Assembly: GCF_009914755.1 (NCBI RefSeq)
Contig: NC_060926.1
Origin: the human T2T-CHM13v2.0 reference genome, Homo sapiens
DNA length: 64,000 bases
Direction: 5' to 3' (one strand)
The translations under genes and the position numbers were made by a program. Each line of letters starts with the position of its first letter. Positions within the stretch are counted from its first letter, which is position 1. Under the pieces are notes generated by a model. The model did not search any database and had not been told where the DNA came from. It was given only the letters and a program-made list of their open reading frames with translations. Below, one piece after another: positions 14,351 to 27,439 of this stretch.

Positions 14351-15070
14351 AAAATTCAATTAGGCCTTAAAATAGTGTTAGAGGAGAGTATCAGAGGAGA
14401 GAAGGATAGGGTGAGTCGTGTGTTATGAAGAGCTTCAGACATCTGAGAGAGAAGCAGCAGCTAGGGAAGGAAGCTGAAAAGGAATGATCAGTGAGGGTAA
14501 AAAGAAAAGGAGTGAGTACAGGGTCAGGAAGGCCAGTGAAGAAAGCACTTTAGGAATAATAAAATAAATTCCTTTTTCAGGTGAAAGAGATGAGGATTGA
14601 GAATTGATCATCGTCTCCTTAACAAGGAGCTCCTGTTCAGTGGAGTGATGGGAACCAAAGCCCAGTAGAAATGACCTGAGATGAAAATGAAAGGCAAAGC
14701 AATAGAGAAGCAAGTGTAGACAGAAGTATAGAAAGAAGAATGCAGGCTGCTGGGCTACAGATTCCATGCGGGGTCACAATCCATGTGTAATTAGAAGTTG
14801 GGGAGGGCATTGATGGGCTCTGATTTGATTAGCTGATATATATTCCCCCAGCGATTATCGTGCCATGTGGAAAATTGATGATAACAGGAAGCAAGATTGG
14901 GAGCAGAGGATGACAGAGGTTGTGAAAAGTGGCCTCCTTCGAGCTGTATTTTGGAGGTGGAGCCAGTAAGATGTACTAATGTGGAGTTTGAGAAAAATAG
15001 AATAATTATTCTCAAGGAATTATGCTGTCTAGGAGAAAAGAGAAATAAAGCGGTAGTCAGAGGGATATGT

Positions 15071-15309
<239 letters not shown>

Positions 15310-16472
15310 CTACTAGGAATGATCCAGTAGAAGAGGTAATAATAGTGATGTAGAAGACAGGGCACCATTTCAAGAGCAGAGTCAAAATTTACAGAACAGG
15401 ATGAAATCTCATAACCAGGAGCAGGGTCTGTTCATTCATTATAAACGGAGAGTATGTAAATGTGAGCACAGGTGGATTCACATGCTCCACACTGGCATGG
15501 CTCAGTAGGTGTTGCACAGTGATGGAGGGATAGACAGAGTGATGAATGGATGGATGGAAGGACAGACAAATGGATGGATGAATGTGGCTACATTTTCTAA
15601 CTCTCAAAAAATTTTGTCTTAGGATTTGTCTCAATGAAGCAAAAGACTTCCCCAGTTATGAGTCCCCAATTAGCAAATATCTTCAAACAAAGAAGTTTTG
15701 AAAGAGGATTCTTTTTAAGAGATTTCTAAAACAGAAAAATGTTATGTGTTTCCTGAGGTTTCAACTTCATCTCTTCTGACAGGGAATTTAAAAATATAGG
15801 TGAAAAGAGGAGAAAGAGTAATCAGAATGGAATTATAAACACAATAAAACTGTGAAAAAAAGAGAAAATATGTTGAGACTTCAGGGCTAGGTGATTTTTG
15901 TGTACCATTGTTCTGAATGGAATATTATACAATTAGATGTAGTGCCAATACATTTCCCAACTACAGCTTTGAAAAAAAAGTTAGAGTAAAAATGACCAAA
16001 TTAGCATTTTATGATTATTTCCAAGAGGGAGAAAAATTGTGTTATATGGTTTTGTGGAATAAATTTTAAAAGTGTTTATTGAGTTTTAAGATTTAGTTTC
16101 AAAATAACTGTGTTAATGGACAAGTTGGGAAATATAAAATTTTGTTCAGGAAAGTTTTTTTGAATTAGCCAATAGCAAGAGTAACCTGAAGGGAATTTCT
16201 CAAACTTTTAATGATTTATTTGGGAAAAAAAATTAAATAAAATCAACATACTGAACTTGAAACAACAGGTAAACTATAGTAATAATCTAGTCATAATTAT
16301 CCAATTATCAAATCTCAATTCACCCACTTATTAATTGAATGATCTTTCATAACATTTTGAACTTCAGGTCATTGATTTGCAAAATAGGATGAATACTAAC
16401 ATAATACATATTTATAAGGTTTGAAGAGTTAACCTACATAATGCACCTGGCAGATGGTGCTATATAGTAGGG

Positions 16473-16690
16473 CAAGCTTGTCCAACCCATGGGCCGCGAG
16501 CTGCATGCAGCTCAGGACAGCTTTGAATGTGGCCCAACACAAATTAGTAAGGTTTCTTAAAACATTATGAGATTTTTTTGCTATTTTTTTAGCTCATCAG
16601 CTATTGTTAGTGTTAGTGTATTTTAAGTGTGGCCCAAGACAATCGTTCTCCCAGTGTGGCCCTGGGAAGCCAAAAGATTGGACACCCCTG
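16473..16690. mobile_element. MER30-like hAT-Charlie MITE
   Basis: Terminal inverted repeats caagcttgtccaa...ttggacacccctg; internal agctcatcagctattgttagtgttagtgta. Confidence 0.8.
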
Positions 16691-18075
16691 TTGTAGGGAC
16701 TCAAAAACTGCTTATTTAACTCTTTTTCATTTATCTCTGTTTTCTTTACTTCTTTTGCCTTTACTTCTATAATCCCATACCTTGTTTTATTCACTGATGT
16801 AAATAAAAGTGAAAAAAGAATGCTTTCATCAGCATCCTTCTCTAATAATCTATTTAATCTTTCTATAATTCCCACACAGCAAAAGACACATATGCCCCCA
16901 CACACAGGCACAAAAATGCACACACTCCCTAAAGCAGCCATGGTATATTCCTTACATTTCAGGTAATGGCATTGACAGCAGGAAAAACATTGTTTATTTT
17001 CTGTTTTGACTATTTGACTTTAGCTTCTAGAAGCATTCACCCCATGCAAAAATTTACTAGTGTTTTCATGCATTTCACTGAAATTATGAAAAGTCACTCT
17101 GCAGTAACTTCCCCCTACGTAATAAAGAGAAAGACTAATTTTGCTGACCAATGACAGATTTCAAGTCCTGCCCCTCCTTTCCTCTTTGCACACATCTGGA
17201 CAACCCCGTAAGCACTGGTGCTTCTGCCCTTCATCATCAGGCAGATGGGCATTTCAAACAACATGAACACCTGCCTGGGAGGGTACTCCCACCCTGGCTC
17301 TAACCCTTGTCCACAGTGAAAATCCCAAATGCTTGCACTTCCTTGTTTTGCTCTTGACCTTCTCTTTGGAGAAACTCTTTGCTGCTTGCCAAGTGAATAG
17401 TAAACTTTATCACACATCAATTGGTGCCTATGTGTCATTCATCCCAACATCTGCAAAATCTCTGAGGGGCTGTCCAGCAAACTACGGAAAATGGTAGGTG
17501 CCCCCTCCCAAAAAGAAATTTGCAAGTGTTGTTTGCAATTGATGTTTGCAAGTGTTTAATTAATTAATTAATTAAGTATACCTCCATTCATTCTGCCTGC
17601 TCCAGGGTTTTTACGTGTTTGGTTTCTTCTGTCTTCAATATTCTACCCCATTCTTCTCCTGACTCTTCTTCCAGATAAACTCACCTTCACTCTTCAAAGA
17701 AAACTTGCTCAGCTTCCCCAGTCCAGAGATTCCTGTGTCACAAATTCTCATAGATCTCTGGTGCACTGAGATTACAATAAGCTAAAATATAATTACATGT
17801 TTATTAGTGTAAGCATTTGATTTGTTTTTTTCCTCCTCCATTTGATTACCAACTCCATGTGGTAGTGACCATCCCCGTTCTTCATTACTAACCCGGCATT
17901 CAGCATGGTACTCAGTATGTAGACATGTGAGCAAAGACTCTGCATTAGCCATTAGAACACATCAAGGCTGAGGAAAGAAAAACATTGTACTTGTCATGTA
18001 TGTGTGTGTGTGTTTGTGTGTGTGCATAAACACAAATACAAGTACATATATGTGTCTTGTGTGTGGGTAAGTGCC

Positions 18076-18113
<38 letters not shown>

Positions 18114-18289
18114 CAATTGCAGTCAACTTAGTATTTCTCACTCTCTTGCATGAAGCTCAGACACCTCCCTCAGATGAGCCTCAGGTTGGCCCCAGGACAT
18201 TAGGAAATGAAAGCAGCAGAGGAAATGTTTTAAATGTGTGCCTCAGAGGCAGATAATTGATGTGGTTCCTCCTTATGCATTTACAGGTT

Positions 18290-18460
18290 GTGTAATTTGG
18301 GGCAAGTCAGTTAATCTTGACGAGAACCAGCTTCCTCATCTGTAAAATAGAGATTAGGAAAGTCTGATAATAGAGAAAATAATAATAATAATAGAGATTA
18401 CACAGTGCTATTGTGGGGACTTGAAATTATGTATGTAAAGACTTGAAATTATGTATGTAA
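18290..18460 (+). mobile_element. MIR containing a 22-bp tandem duplication
   Basis: ttggggcaagtcagttaatc...ttcctcatctgtaaaatag; gacttgaaattatgtatgtaaa occurs twice in tandem. Confidence 0.7.
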
Positions 18461-18646
18461 AGCAAACTGTGCCTATTTTAATTAAAGTCTCCTGTAGTTG
18501 GGTTCATACTCATAGCAGCCCTAAGCCATAAGTCAAAAAGCAGACATGAACCAATAGGCCTTAATGTATAGGACTGAATCCAAAGACTCACCTACTTTGA
18601 ATTCAGCCTTCCTTACATAATTCTTTCTAAAATATGTACAGGAACT

Positions 18647-20183
18647 TCCCACCTGATCTTCCCCCTCAGCTTCTCTGAGCTCTGGGTCATGGGGGCGTGC
18701 AGCACCATAGTGAGGGACACTCACCTATCTGCACCCTATCACTGAGATTGGAGAGGGTGACAGACAGATGTGAGACCAAGATTTTTCCCTCAACTTCCCA
18801 TTTGTCCTCTCTTTCCCATGTCACATTCATCTTTCTTTCTTAAGCACCAGATCTGATGACTTCAAACTCAAAGGCAAGCACATACATAACTATCTTAAAT
18901 AGACTGTATAACCCATGAGGTCAATAACAAGACCTATATCTATATCTAAATAAAGCATGAGAAAGACTTCTTATCACCCACAGTGATTCTGCTTTTCTTA
19001 TCAAACTGTATATAAATGATCAAAAAATGGTGACATGCCAGGAGAATTTGGCAAATGTGAGATGCTGAGAGCTCGAGAAGGGTGGTTAAGAGAAAGATGT
19101 GGGAGCATTCTTACAAAATCATGATCAACCATGTGTGCTCTGATAAGACTACCTTATCAGAAGTGGTCTTATCAGAGGTAGGGTACCTTATCATCCGAGC
19201 TGTCTCTGTTCGGGTGAGGTTACTAAGTGGGAGGTGTTGCTGCTGATCTCTCCAAGGTAATTACCTGCTCTCGATTTCTCACCCCTCGATCCTCACAATT
19301 TCTGAACTCAGCATCCTGAGGCCTTTCCCTGGTTCTTGATTCCTGTCACCAGGCATCTGGAAGCATCAAGCAGGCCTGGGAGCCCTTTCGTTTTTCCTGA
19401 AAACACAACAGAGCAGGACCATCTTTCCATAATGATGGTAGATCTGTGGATTGTGCCCCACTGCCCCAGATGACTTAGCTAAGCTGGAAATTCTTTCCCA
19501 GAATCCACTTCTCTGAATTTTCAATTATTCTACAAAGGAACTCTGCATGTAATTTGGAAGCCAGAAGAGAAGCAGCAGCTGTGTTGCCATCTGGAGGGTT
19601 GTTGTGCATCCAGGTGCTCCTCTGTGGATTCCCCTGGGGGATTGTGGGCAGTGGCCAGGCCCAATGCTCCCAGCTCCCACCTGACCTTCCCCTTCAGCTT
19701 CTCTGAGCCTTGAGTCAGGTGGTTGTGCAGCTCCTTGGTGAGGGACACTCACCTATCTGCACCCTATCACTGAGATTGGAGGGGGTGACAGACAGATGTG
19801 AGACCAAGATTTTTCCCTCAAATTCCCATTTGTCCTCTCTTTTGCATGTCACATTCATCTTTCTTTCTTAAGCACCAGCTTTGATAACTTCAAACTCAAA
19901 GGCAAGCACATACATAAGTATCTTAAGTAGACTGTATAACCCATGAGGTCAATAACAAGGCCTATATCTATACCTAAATAAAGCATGAGAATGACTTCGT
20001 ATCACCCATAGTGATTCTTCTTTTCTTATCCAACTGTATATAAATGATCAAGAAATGGTCACATGCCAGGAGAATTTTGCAAATGCGAGATGCTGAGAGC
20101 TTGAGAAGGGTGGTTAAGAGAGAGATGTCAGAGGATTCCTACAAAATCATGATCAACCATGTGTGCTCTGATAAGACTACCTT
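18647..20183 (+). repeat. Local direct duplication of about 509 bp (18647-19155 and 19675-20183)
   Basis: Constant offset of 1028 with no indels; about 38 mismatches by hand count (about 92% identity). Confidence 0.95.
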
Positions 20184-20839
20184 GCAGTGTGACCCAAAAC
20201 TCGTCCACAAAGTTGCAAAAATCTTAATGTGAATGCATTTATAGTGGCATCAATCAAGAGATGAATTAAGATGTCTAGCTCAGCAAAGAAGAAACCTAAA
20301 CATCACAAGCTAACACAGGACATAAGAAGAGGTAGCCACAGGGAAGACAGATGATCCACAGGTGTTACAGACAGGGTGCTGGACTAACTAGTTTTTCCCA
20401 TTGGGAATATCGGGTCAGGATGATCTACATCTCTATGGGTCAAATAAATTCCAAGGGTCATATGAATTACATTTATTTACCCACATCTGATGACTGATGT
20501 GTCACAAGATTCTGTATCCACTTTTGTCCAAGTTCTTGACTTAGCTCCTGCCTCCCAGCCCTGTGTTTATGCTGTAATTCAAACTCTCATTGCCTCTCAC
20601 CTGAGCTACTATAAAAGTATCTAAACCAGTCCCCTCATCCAGTCTGTCTGTCTCTTCTTCCATTCCATTCCCCTTACAATGCCCCATTTAACCTTCCTCA
20701 AATGCACCCCTTGTCATGTCAGTGACGTGTCCTTTGTTCCTCCAATACCTAATACGGTGCATAACAAATCATATTTTATAAGAATCTGTTGAATAAAAGC
20801 TGACATTAGAAAATTTCCAAATGAAGGCATTATATATAC

Positions 20840-20844
<5 letters not shown>

Positions 20845-20880
<36 letters not shown>
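20845..20880. repeat. (TG)n microsatellite
   Basis: Read directly from the sequence. Confidence 0.95.
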
Positions 20881-20884
<4 letters not shown>

Positions 20885-21344
20885 CACACATTAATGTATG
20901 AAATGTTTTTTCTGCAAATAAAGAATGCAGTAAAATGCAAATAAAGTGACAATTCATGTTACCATCAGAAACACAGCTGGCTGGAGAAAAAAATCAGTGA
21001 AATTTATCCCGCATCTCCTCTTACAAAATCCTTTTATCTTTCATTAAGGTACCTCTTTTCAACCTGTTCTCATCCCTGTAAATCAACCATTCCTATGTGT
21101 CTTTTGTTTTGCCCCCTCTTCACCTAAACTATCTTCAGAAAAATCCCAGTAGGTGTCATGTCTCAGGAGAGTGGAGATATTTTATGTATTATATTTGACT
21201 TTGGGAAAATGGGCAGTGAGAAACCCAGGAGAGAGTTAAGAAAGTATTTAGCAATATCAACAGACATTTGGTTTCCTTGAAGATGTACTCCAAGAGTATG
21301 GTACATATGAATAAACAATCTTGGGAGAACATTTTGTTGGCTGA

Positions 21345-21655
21345 GTTGCACCCTCTGAAAGCATATATTCAAGTTCTCACCCATGAACGAGATCTTACTT
21401 GGAAGCAGGTGTAATTAAGTTAAAATGGGACCATGCTGGACTACAGTGAGCCCTACACCTAACGTGGCTGGTATTTTTAGAAGAGAGGAGACACAGAGAC
21501 AGGCCCAGGGAGAATGCCCATGAACAAGGAAGCAATGATTGGAGCATTGTGTCTACAAGCCAATAGTCACCAAGCATTGCTGACCCCCACCAAAAGCTGG
21601 AAGAGGCCAGAAAGTATCTTTCCCTATAGCCTTCAGAGAAAATATGGCCCCAGCG
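21345..21655 (+). mobile_element. MLT1C-like LTR fragment
   Basis: gtgtaattaagttaaaatg...ctacaagccaa...caccaaaagctggaagaggc...tagccttcagag. Confidence 0.7.
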
Positions 21656-21818
21656 CTGTTCTGAACACAGAAGATACATCAGTGAACAGATGAGAGGGAA
21701 AATCCATGTCCTTATGGGTTGTAGTTGATGAAAAACTTTGCTTTTTAGGAATAATCAAATTGACAGCTCAAGCATTTTGTCTAACTTATTTTCTGTCCAG
21801 TTATAACTCTAATATAAC

Positions 21819-21822
<4 letters not shown>

Positions 21823-21864
<42 letters not shown>
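21823..21864. repeat. (TA)n microsatellite
   Basis: Read directly from the sequence. Confidence 0.95.
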
Positions 21865-21867
<3 letters not shown>

Positions 21868-22882
21868 AATTTAACAAATTTTATGAAGATGTATGGATAG
21901 GTGTGAGTCCATATAACTCAACTGTGTAGAGTAGGATAGCTCTGTACTGGTTCTGGGGAAAAGCGGGCAGGGGGTTCCTAAAATATGCGGAAGGCATTAT
22001 ATTGCAAAAGAGAAGCTTTTAGGAAATGGCCTCTGGATGCTTCTGTGGGTTTTTTTCTGCTCTTTCCCTAAAGATTGAATATTGTTTAATATGCTCTTTC
22101 TGGCCAAACACCTGTCAAATTCCTATTTTTAGTTGATGTTAATTAGGAGCAAGAACTAATACTCTCTTAATTAATTGGATGTCTTCTCTCCTCAGTTCCT
22201 CTGCTGCTTCTCCCTCCACTAGATAACCCCACACACAACTGCTGTAGGGTTGAGGAATCTATTAGTCGGAGACCATGAGGATCATAAATACAGAGCTTCA
22301 CACACACTTAGATATTCAAATTTATTCACATGTCCTTAATTAGTAATAATTCTAATTGAGTTTGAGTCTGCTATCTTGAAAAATATGCAATTTGTTCAGC
22401 AAGTGCCCACCAGTCTCCTCCAGTGGTTTTTTTTTTTTTTTTTGTCATACATGAATTACTGAAACATGAAAACAACATCTCTCTTTTTCAAACCATCACA
22501 CTCATTATTTCCTCGCAACTCTGGAGGCATCTTTTCCACTGCCGGCTCTCCTAAGCAAACTACACTTTGGGAACTAAGAAGTTCTGTGTGTGCTTTCAAA
22601 TCTCTTTACTGTAGGAGCCAAAGTTTTCTTTGTTCACCAGTTTTATAACTCTATTCCTCTCCTACATTAATCACAAATAATCAGCCACTCATCTTTAATT
22701 CTTTTACCTTCTAAAAACTCTCACATCCTTACCTCCCTTCTACCCCTTTTCCTGAAAGTTTTCAGAAGTTTCTTAAGTGATTTCCAACCATCCTCATCAT
22801 ACTATACTTACAGATCCTTCTAAAATGCAAAACTGGTCATGGTTTTTGTTTGTTTGTTTTCTTAAAATCTGTAAATGGCTTC

Positions 22883-23335
22883 TTTCATGTGCGTCCCTGT
22901 GAAGAGACCACCAAACAGGCTTTGTGTGAGTAACATGGCTGTTTATTTCACCTGGGTGCAGGCGGGCTGAGTCCGAAAAGAGAGTCAGTGAAGGGAGATA
23001 AGGGTGGGACCGTTTTATAGGATTTGGGTAGGTAAAGGAAAATTACAGTCAAAGGGGGTTTGTTCTCTGGCGGGCAGGAGTGGGGGTCGCAAGGTGCTCA
23101 GTGGGGGAGCTTTTTGAGCCAGGATGAGCCAGGAAAAGGACTTTCACAAGGTAATGTCATCAGTTAAGGCAAGGACCGGCCATTTACACTTCTTTTGTGG
23201 TGGAATGTCATCAGTTAAGGTGGGGCAGGGCATATTCACTTCTTTTGTGATTCTTCAGTTACTTCAGGCCATCTGGGCGTATACGTGCAAGTCACAGGGG
23301 ATGCGATGGCTTGGCTTGGGCTCAGAGGCCTGACA
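22883..23335 (-). repeat. 3' LTR7 (453 bp)
   Basis: Minus strand reads tgtcaggcctctgagcccaagccaagcc...catgaaa; AATAAA at 22942-22947 (minus). Confidence 0.97.
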
Positions 23336-23348
23336 TTCCTGCCTTCTT
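23336..23348 (-). other. Polypurine tract
   Basis: aagaaggcaggaa immediately upstream of the 3' LTR on the minus strand. Confidence 0.85.
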
Positions 23349-23699
23349 ATATTAATAAGAAAAATGAAATAGTGTTGAAGTGTTGGGGTGGCAAAAATTT
23401 TTGGGGGGTGGTATGGGGAGAGAATGGGCGATGTTTCTCAGAGCTGCTTCAAGCGGGATTAGGGGCGGCGTGGGACCCTAGAGTGGGAGAGATTAAGCTG
23501 AAGGGAGGTCTTGTGGTAAGGGGTGATATTGTGGGGATGTTAGAAGAAACATTTGTCGTATAGAATGATTGGTGATGGCCTGGATACAGTTTTGTATGAA
23601 TTGAAAAACTAAATGGAATAAGAGAAGGAGAAAAACAGGTATAAAAGGTCTAAGAATTGGGAGGACCTAGGACATCTAATTAGAGAGTGCCTAAGGAGA

Positions 23700-26080
23700 T
23701 TCAGCATAGTCCTGCCAGCAAAGATTATTTATTTACTTCAAGAGTTAAGAGTGGCAGTTTGGGGATAGCATGAGGAGATATCAGCTGTGATGGTTTAGAA
23801 AAAAACAGTGTAAACTGGCAGTGTAAACAAGAACAGGGCATGTATGAGTAGTTGAGAACGGTGAATAGGAGTATGACTAGACAGAAGATGGTAGGGATGA
23901 CAAGTTTTTTGGGGCACAGTCTAAGTTGGTCTGGTGTCTGGTATGAGAAGCGTCTATACAGGAGCTTAAATGGGCTGTACCCTGTGGCATTCCGAGAACA
24001 GGCCTGAATTCTGAGAAGGGAAAGTGGTAAAAGTATTGTCCAGTCCTTTTTAAGTTGGTGGCTGAGCTTGGTGAGGTGTGTTTTTAAAAGACCTTTAGTC
24101 CATTCCACTTTTCTTGAAGACGGAGGACCGTAAGGGATATAAAGCTTTCACTGAATACTAAGAGCCTGAAAAACTGCTTGGCTGATTTGACTAATAAAGG
24201 CTCATCTGTTATCAGACTGTATTGAGGTGGGAAGGCTTAACTGAGGAATTATGTCTAACAGAACGGAAGAAATGACTGCGGTGGCCTTCTGAGACCCTCT
24301 AGGAAAGGCCTCTACCTATCCAGTGAAAGTATCTACCTAGACTAAGAGGTATTTTAGTTATCTGACTCAGGGCATGTTGAGTAAAGCTAATTTGCCAGTC
24401 CTGGGTGGGGCAAATCCTGGAGCTTGATGTGTAGGGAAGGAAGGGGGCCTGAATAATCCCTGAGGAGTAGTAGAATAGCAGATGGAAAACTGAGAAGTTA
24501 TTTCCTTGAGGATAGATTTCCACGATGGAAAGGAAATGAGAGGTTCTAAGAGGTGGGCTAGTGGCTTGTACTATAGTATAACCTGCCTTTGCTGGTGTGT
24601 GGAGATTAAGCCTGGTGGAACCGCCATCAATAAATCAAGCGTGATCAGGCTGAGGAACAAGAAAGAAGGAAATTTGGGGAAATGGGGTGAATGTCAGGTG
24701 GATCAGAGAGATACAGTCATGGGGGTCAGGTGTGGTATCAGGAATAATGTGGGAGGCCAGATTGAAGTCTGGGCCAGGAACAATGGTAATTGTGGGAGAC
24801 TCAACAAAGAGTGAGTATAGCTGAAGGAGCCGGGAAGCAGAAAGTATATGCATCAGGTATGAGGAAGAAAATAGATTTTGGAAGTTATGAGAACTGTAGA
24901 GAGTGAGTTGAGCATAGTTTGTGATTTTGAGGGCCTCTAAAAGTATTAAAGCAGCAGCAGCCACTGCACGCAGACATAAGGGCTAGTCAAGTTTGGACAG
25001 AAAGCCTACAGGGTATGGTCCTGGCTCTTGTGTAAGAATTCTGACCACGCTAACCATGCCTAGGAAGGAAAGGAGTTGTAGTTTTGTAGAAGGTGCTGGG
25101 GTTTGAGAGATCAGTCGGACACGATTGGCAGGGAGAGCACGTGTGTTTTTATGAGAATTATGCCAAGATAGGTAACAGATGAGGAAGTAATTTGGGCTTG
25201 ATTGAAGTAATGGGGGCTGTCTGTGAAGCTTTGCAGCAGTACAGCCTTGGTAATTTGCTGAGCCTAATGGGTGTCAGGTGAAAGCAAAGAGAGGCTGGGA
25301 CGAGGGGTGCAGGGGAATAGTGAAAAAAACATCTTTAAGATCAAGCACGGAATAGTGAGTTGTGGAGGAAGGTATTGAGGACAAAAGAGTGTACAGGTTG
25401 GGCACCACAGGGTGGATAGGCAAGACAATTTGGTTGATAAGGTGCAGATCCTGAACTAACTTGTAAGGCTTGTCTGGTTTTAGGACAGGTAAAATGGGGG
25501 AATTTTAAGGAGAGTTTACAGGGTTTAAAAGGCCATGCTGTAGCAGGGGAGTGATAACAGGCTTTAATCTTTTTAAAGCTTGCTGCGGGATGGGATATTG
25601 GCGTTGAGTGGGGTAAGGGTGATTAGGTTTTAATGAGATGGTAAGGGGTGCATGATCGGTTGCCAAGGAGGGAGTAGAGGTATCTTATACTTGTGTGTTA
25701 AGGTCGGGGGATACAAGAGGAGGATGCAAAGGAGGCTTTGGATTGGGAAGAAGGGCGGCAATGAGATACAGCTGTAGTCCAGGAATAGTCAGGGAAGCAA
25801 ATAATTTAGTTAAAGTGTCTCAGCCTAATAAGGGAACTGGGCAGGTGGGGATAACTAAAAAGGAGTGCTTAAAAGAGTATTGTCTAAGTTGGCACCAGAG
25901 TTGGGGAGTTTTAAGAGGTTTAGAAGCCTGGCCGTCAATACCCACAACAGTTATGGAGGCAAGGGAAACAGGCCCTTGAAAAGAAGGTAATGTGGAGTGG
26001 GTAGCCTCCGTATTGATTAAGAAGGTGACGGGCTTACCTTCCACTGTGAGAGTTACCCGAAGCTCGGCGTCCATGATGGT
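23700..26080 (-). pseudogene. HERV-H pro-pol remnants (frameshifted and deleted)
   Basis: Protease FLINTEATHS...PVPLLG (ORF 25820..26074); RNase H-like AAAALILLEALKIT (24635..24964); integrase-like GLLKTHLTKL...TGYSPF (23725..24108). Confidence 0.9.
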
Positions 26081-26199
26081 CTAGGGGGCTTCCGACACGA
26101 TCGGGCAGTATCAGTCTTCAGCCGCTAAGCCGAGAAGATCTGGGAAGGAGTCAGTCAGAGAGCCTTGGGCCAGAGTTCCAGGGGCTCTGGGAGTGGCTG

Positions 26200-27340
26200 C
26201 CAGGTGAGTTGAATAGTCCAATTTTCAGTGGGGTCCCACACAGATGGGACTCGGCTTAGGAGGAATCCCGGGCTGCGGGCATTCCTTGGCCCAGTGGCCA
26301 GATTTCTGGCACGTGTAGCAAGCTCCTGTGGGAGGAGGTTCTGGAGGAATGCCTGGCCGCTGCGGTTCAGGCATTTGGAAGTTCTTGTGTGCTGGAGATG
26401 TGGCTGGGGTTTGTCTCACAGTGGAGGCAAGGAATCGCAACTTTTTTCTATTATTGTACACCTTGAAGGCGAGGTTAATTAAATCCTGTTGTGGGGTTTG
26501 AGGGCTGGAATTTAATTTTTGGAGTTTTATTTAATGTCGGGAGCAGATCGGGTAATAAAATGTATTTTGAGAATAAGACGGCCTTTTCACCTTTTAGGGT
26601 CTAGGGCTGTAAAGCGTCTCAGGGTTGCTGCCAAACAGGTCATGAACTGGGCTGGATTTTTATATTTGATGAAAAAGAGCCTAAACGCTATCTGATTTGG
26701 GATAAAGAAAAAGGAGCATTCACCTTGACTATGCCTTTGGCTCCAGCCACCTTTTTAAGAGTAAACTGCTGGGCAGGTGGGGGAGGGCTAGTCACAGAAC
26801 GAAACTGTAAGCCAGACCAGGTGTGAGGGGGGAGGTGATAAAAGGATTACAAGGTGGAGGAACGGAGGCTGAGAAAGAATTGGGACCTAGCTCAGCCTGG
26901 CGAGGAGCAGCCTGGGGAGGAAGGGAGAGGTCAGATGGGTCTGTAGAAAAGGAAGATTAGAAAGACTCAGCGACGCTTGGGGTTGGTACTGAGGGGACAG
27001 GCGGGAGGGAAAGAAGGAAGATTTGGGACAAGTTGCACTGGGCACAGGGACTAGGAAGGGACTGAGTGTGTAAAAGAATGCCTGGAGTCAGGCACCTCAG
27101 ACCATTTGCCTATTTTATGACAAGAATTATTTAGATTTTGCAGGTTGGAAAAATTCAAAGTGCCATTTTCTGGCTATTTGGAACTACTGTCGAGTTTGTA
27201 TTGGGGTCAAGCGGCATTGCAGAAGAAAATAAGGCATTTAGGTTTTAGGTCAGGTGTGAGTTGATGAGGTTTTTAATTTTTGAGAACACAGGCTAAGGGA
27301 GAAGAAGGAGGAATGGAAGGTGGAAACTTACCCATAGTGA
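26200..27340 (-). pseudogene. HERV-H gag remnant
   Basis: Nucleocapsid CX2CX4HX4C knuckle CYTCQKSGHWAKEC in ORF 26225..26461; second knuckle degenerate; N-terminal MGKFPPSIPPSSPLACVLKN. Confidence 0.88.
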
Positions 27341-27439
27341 AGGAGGCAAGCCCAGAGAAAAGAGTAGAGACACAGAGAAGGGGTTGTGGGGGGGTGCGGT
27401 TCTTGCCCTCCAGAAAAGCAGAGAAGGGGTTGGGGCATG

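Noticed and set aside
23124-23333. Duplicated ORF MSQEKDFHKV... (also at 28809)
   Set aside because: Antisense reading of the two LTR7 copies
23340-27340. Intact retroviral gag/pol/env
   Set aside because: Fragmented by stops, frameshifts and deletions; env is essentially absent
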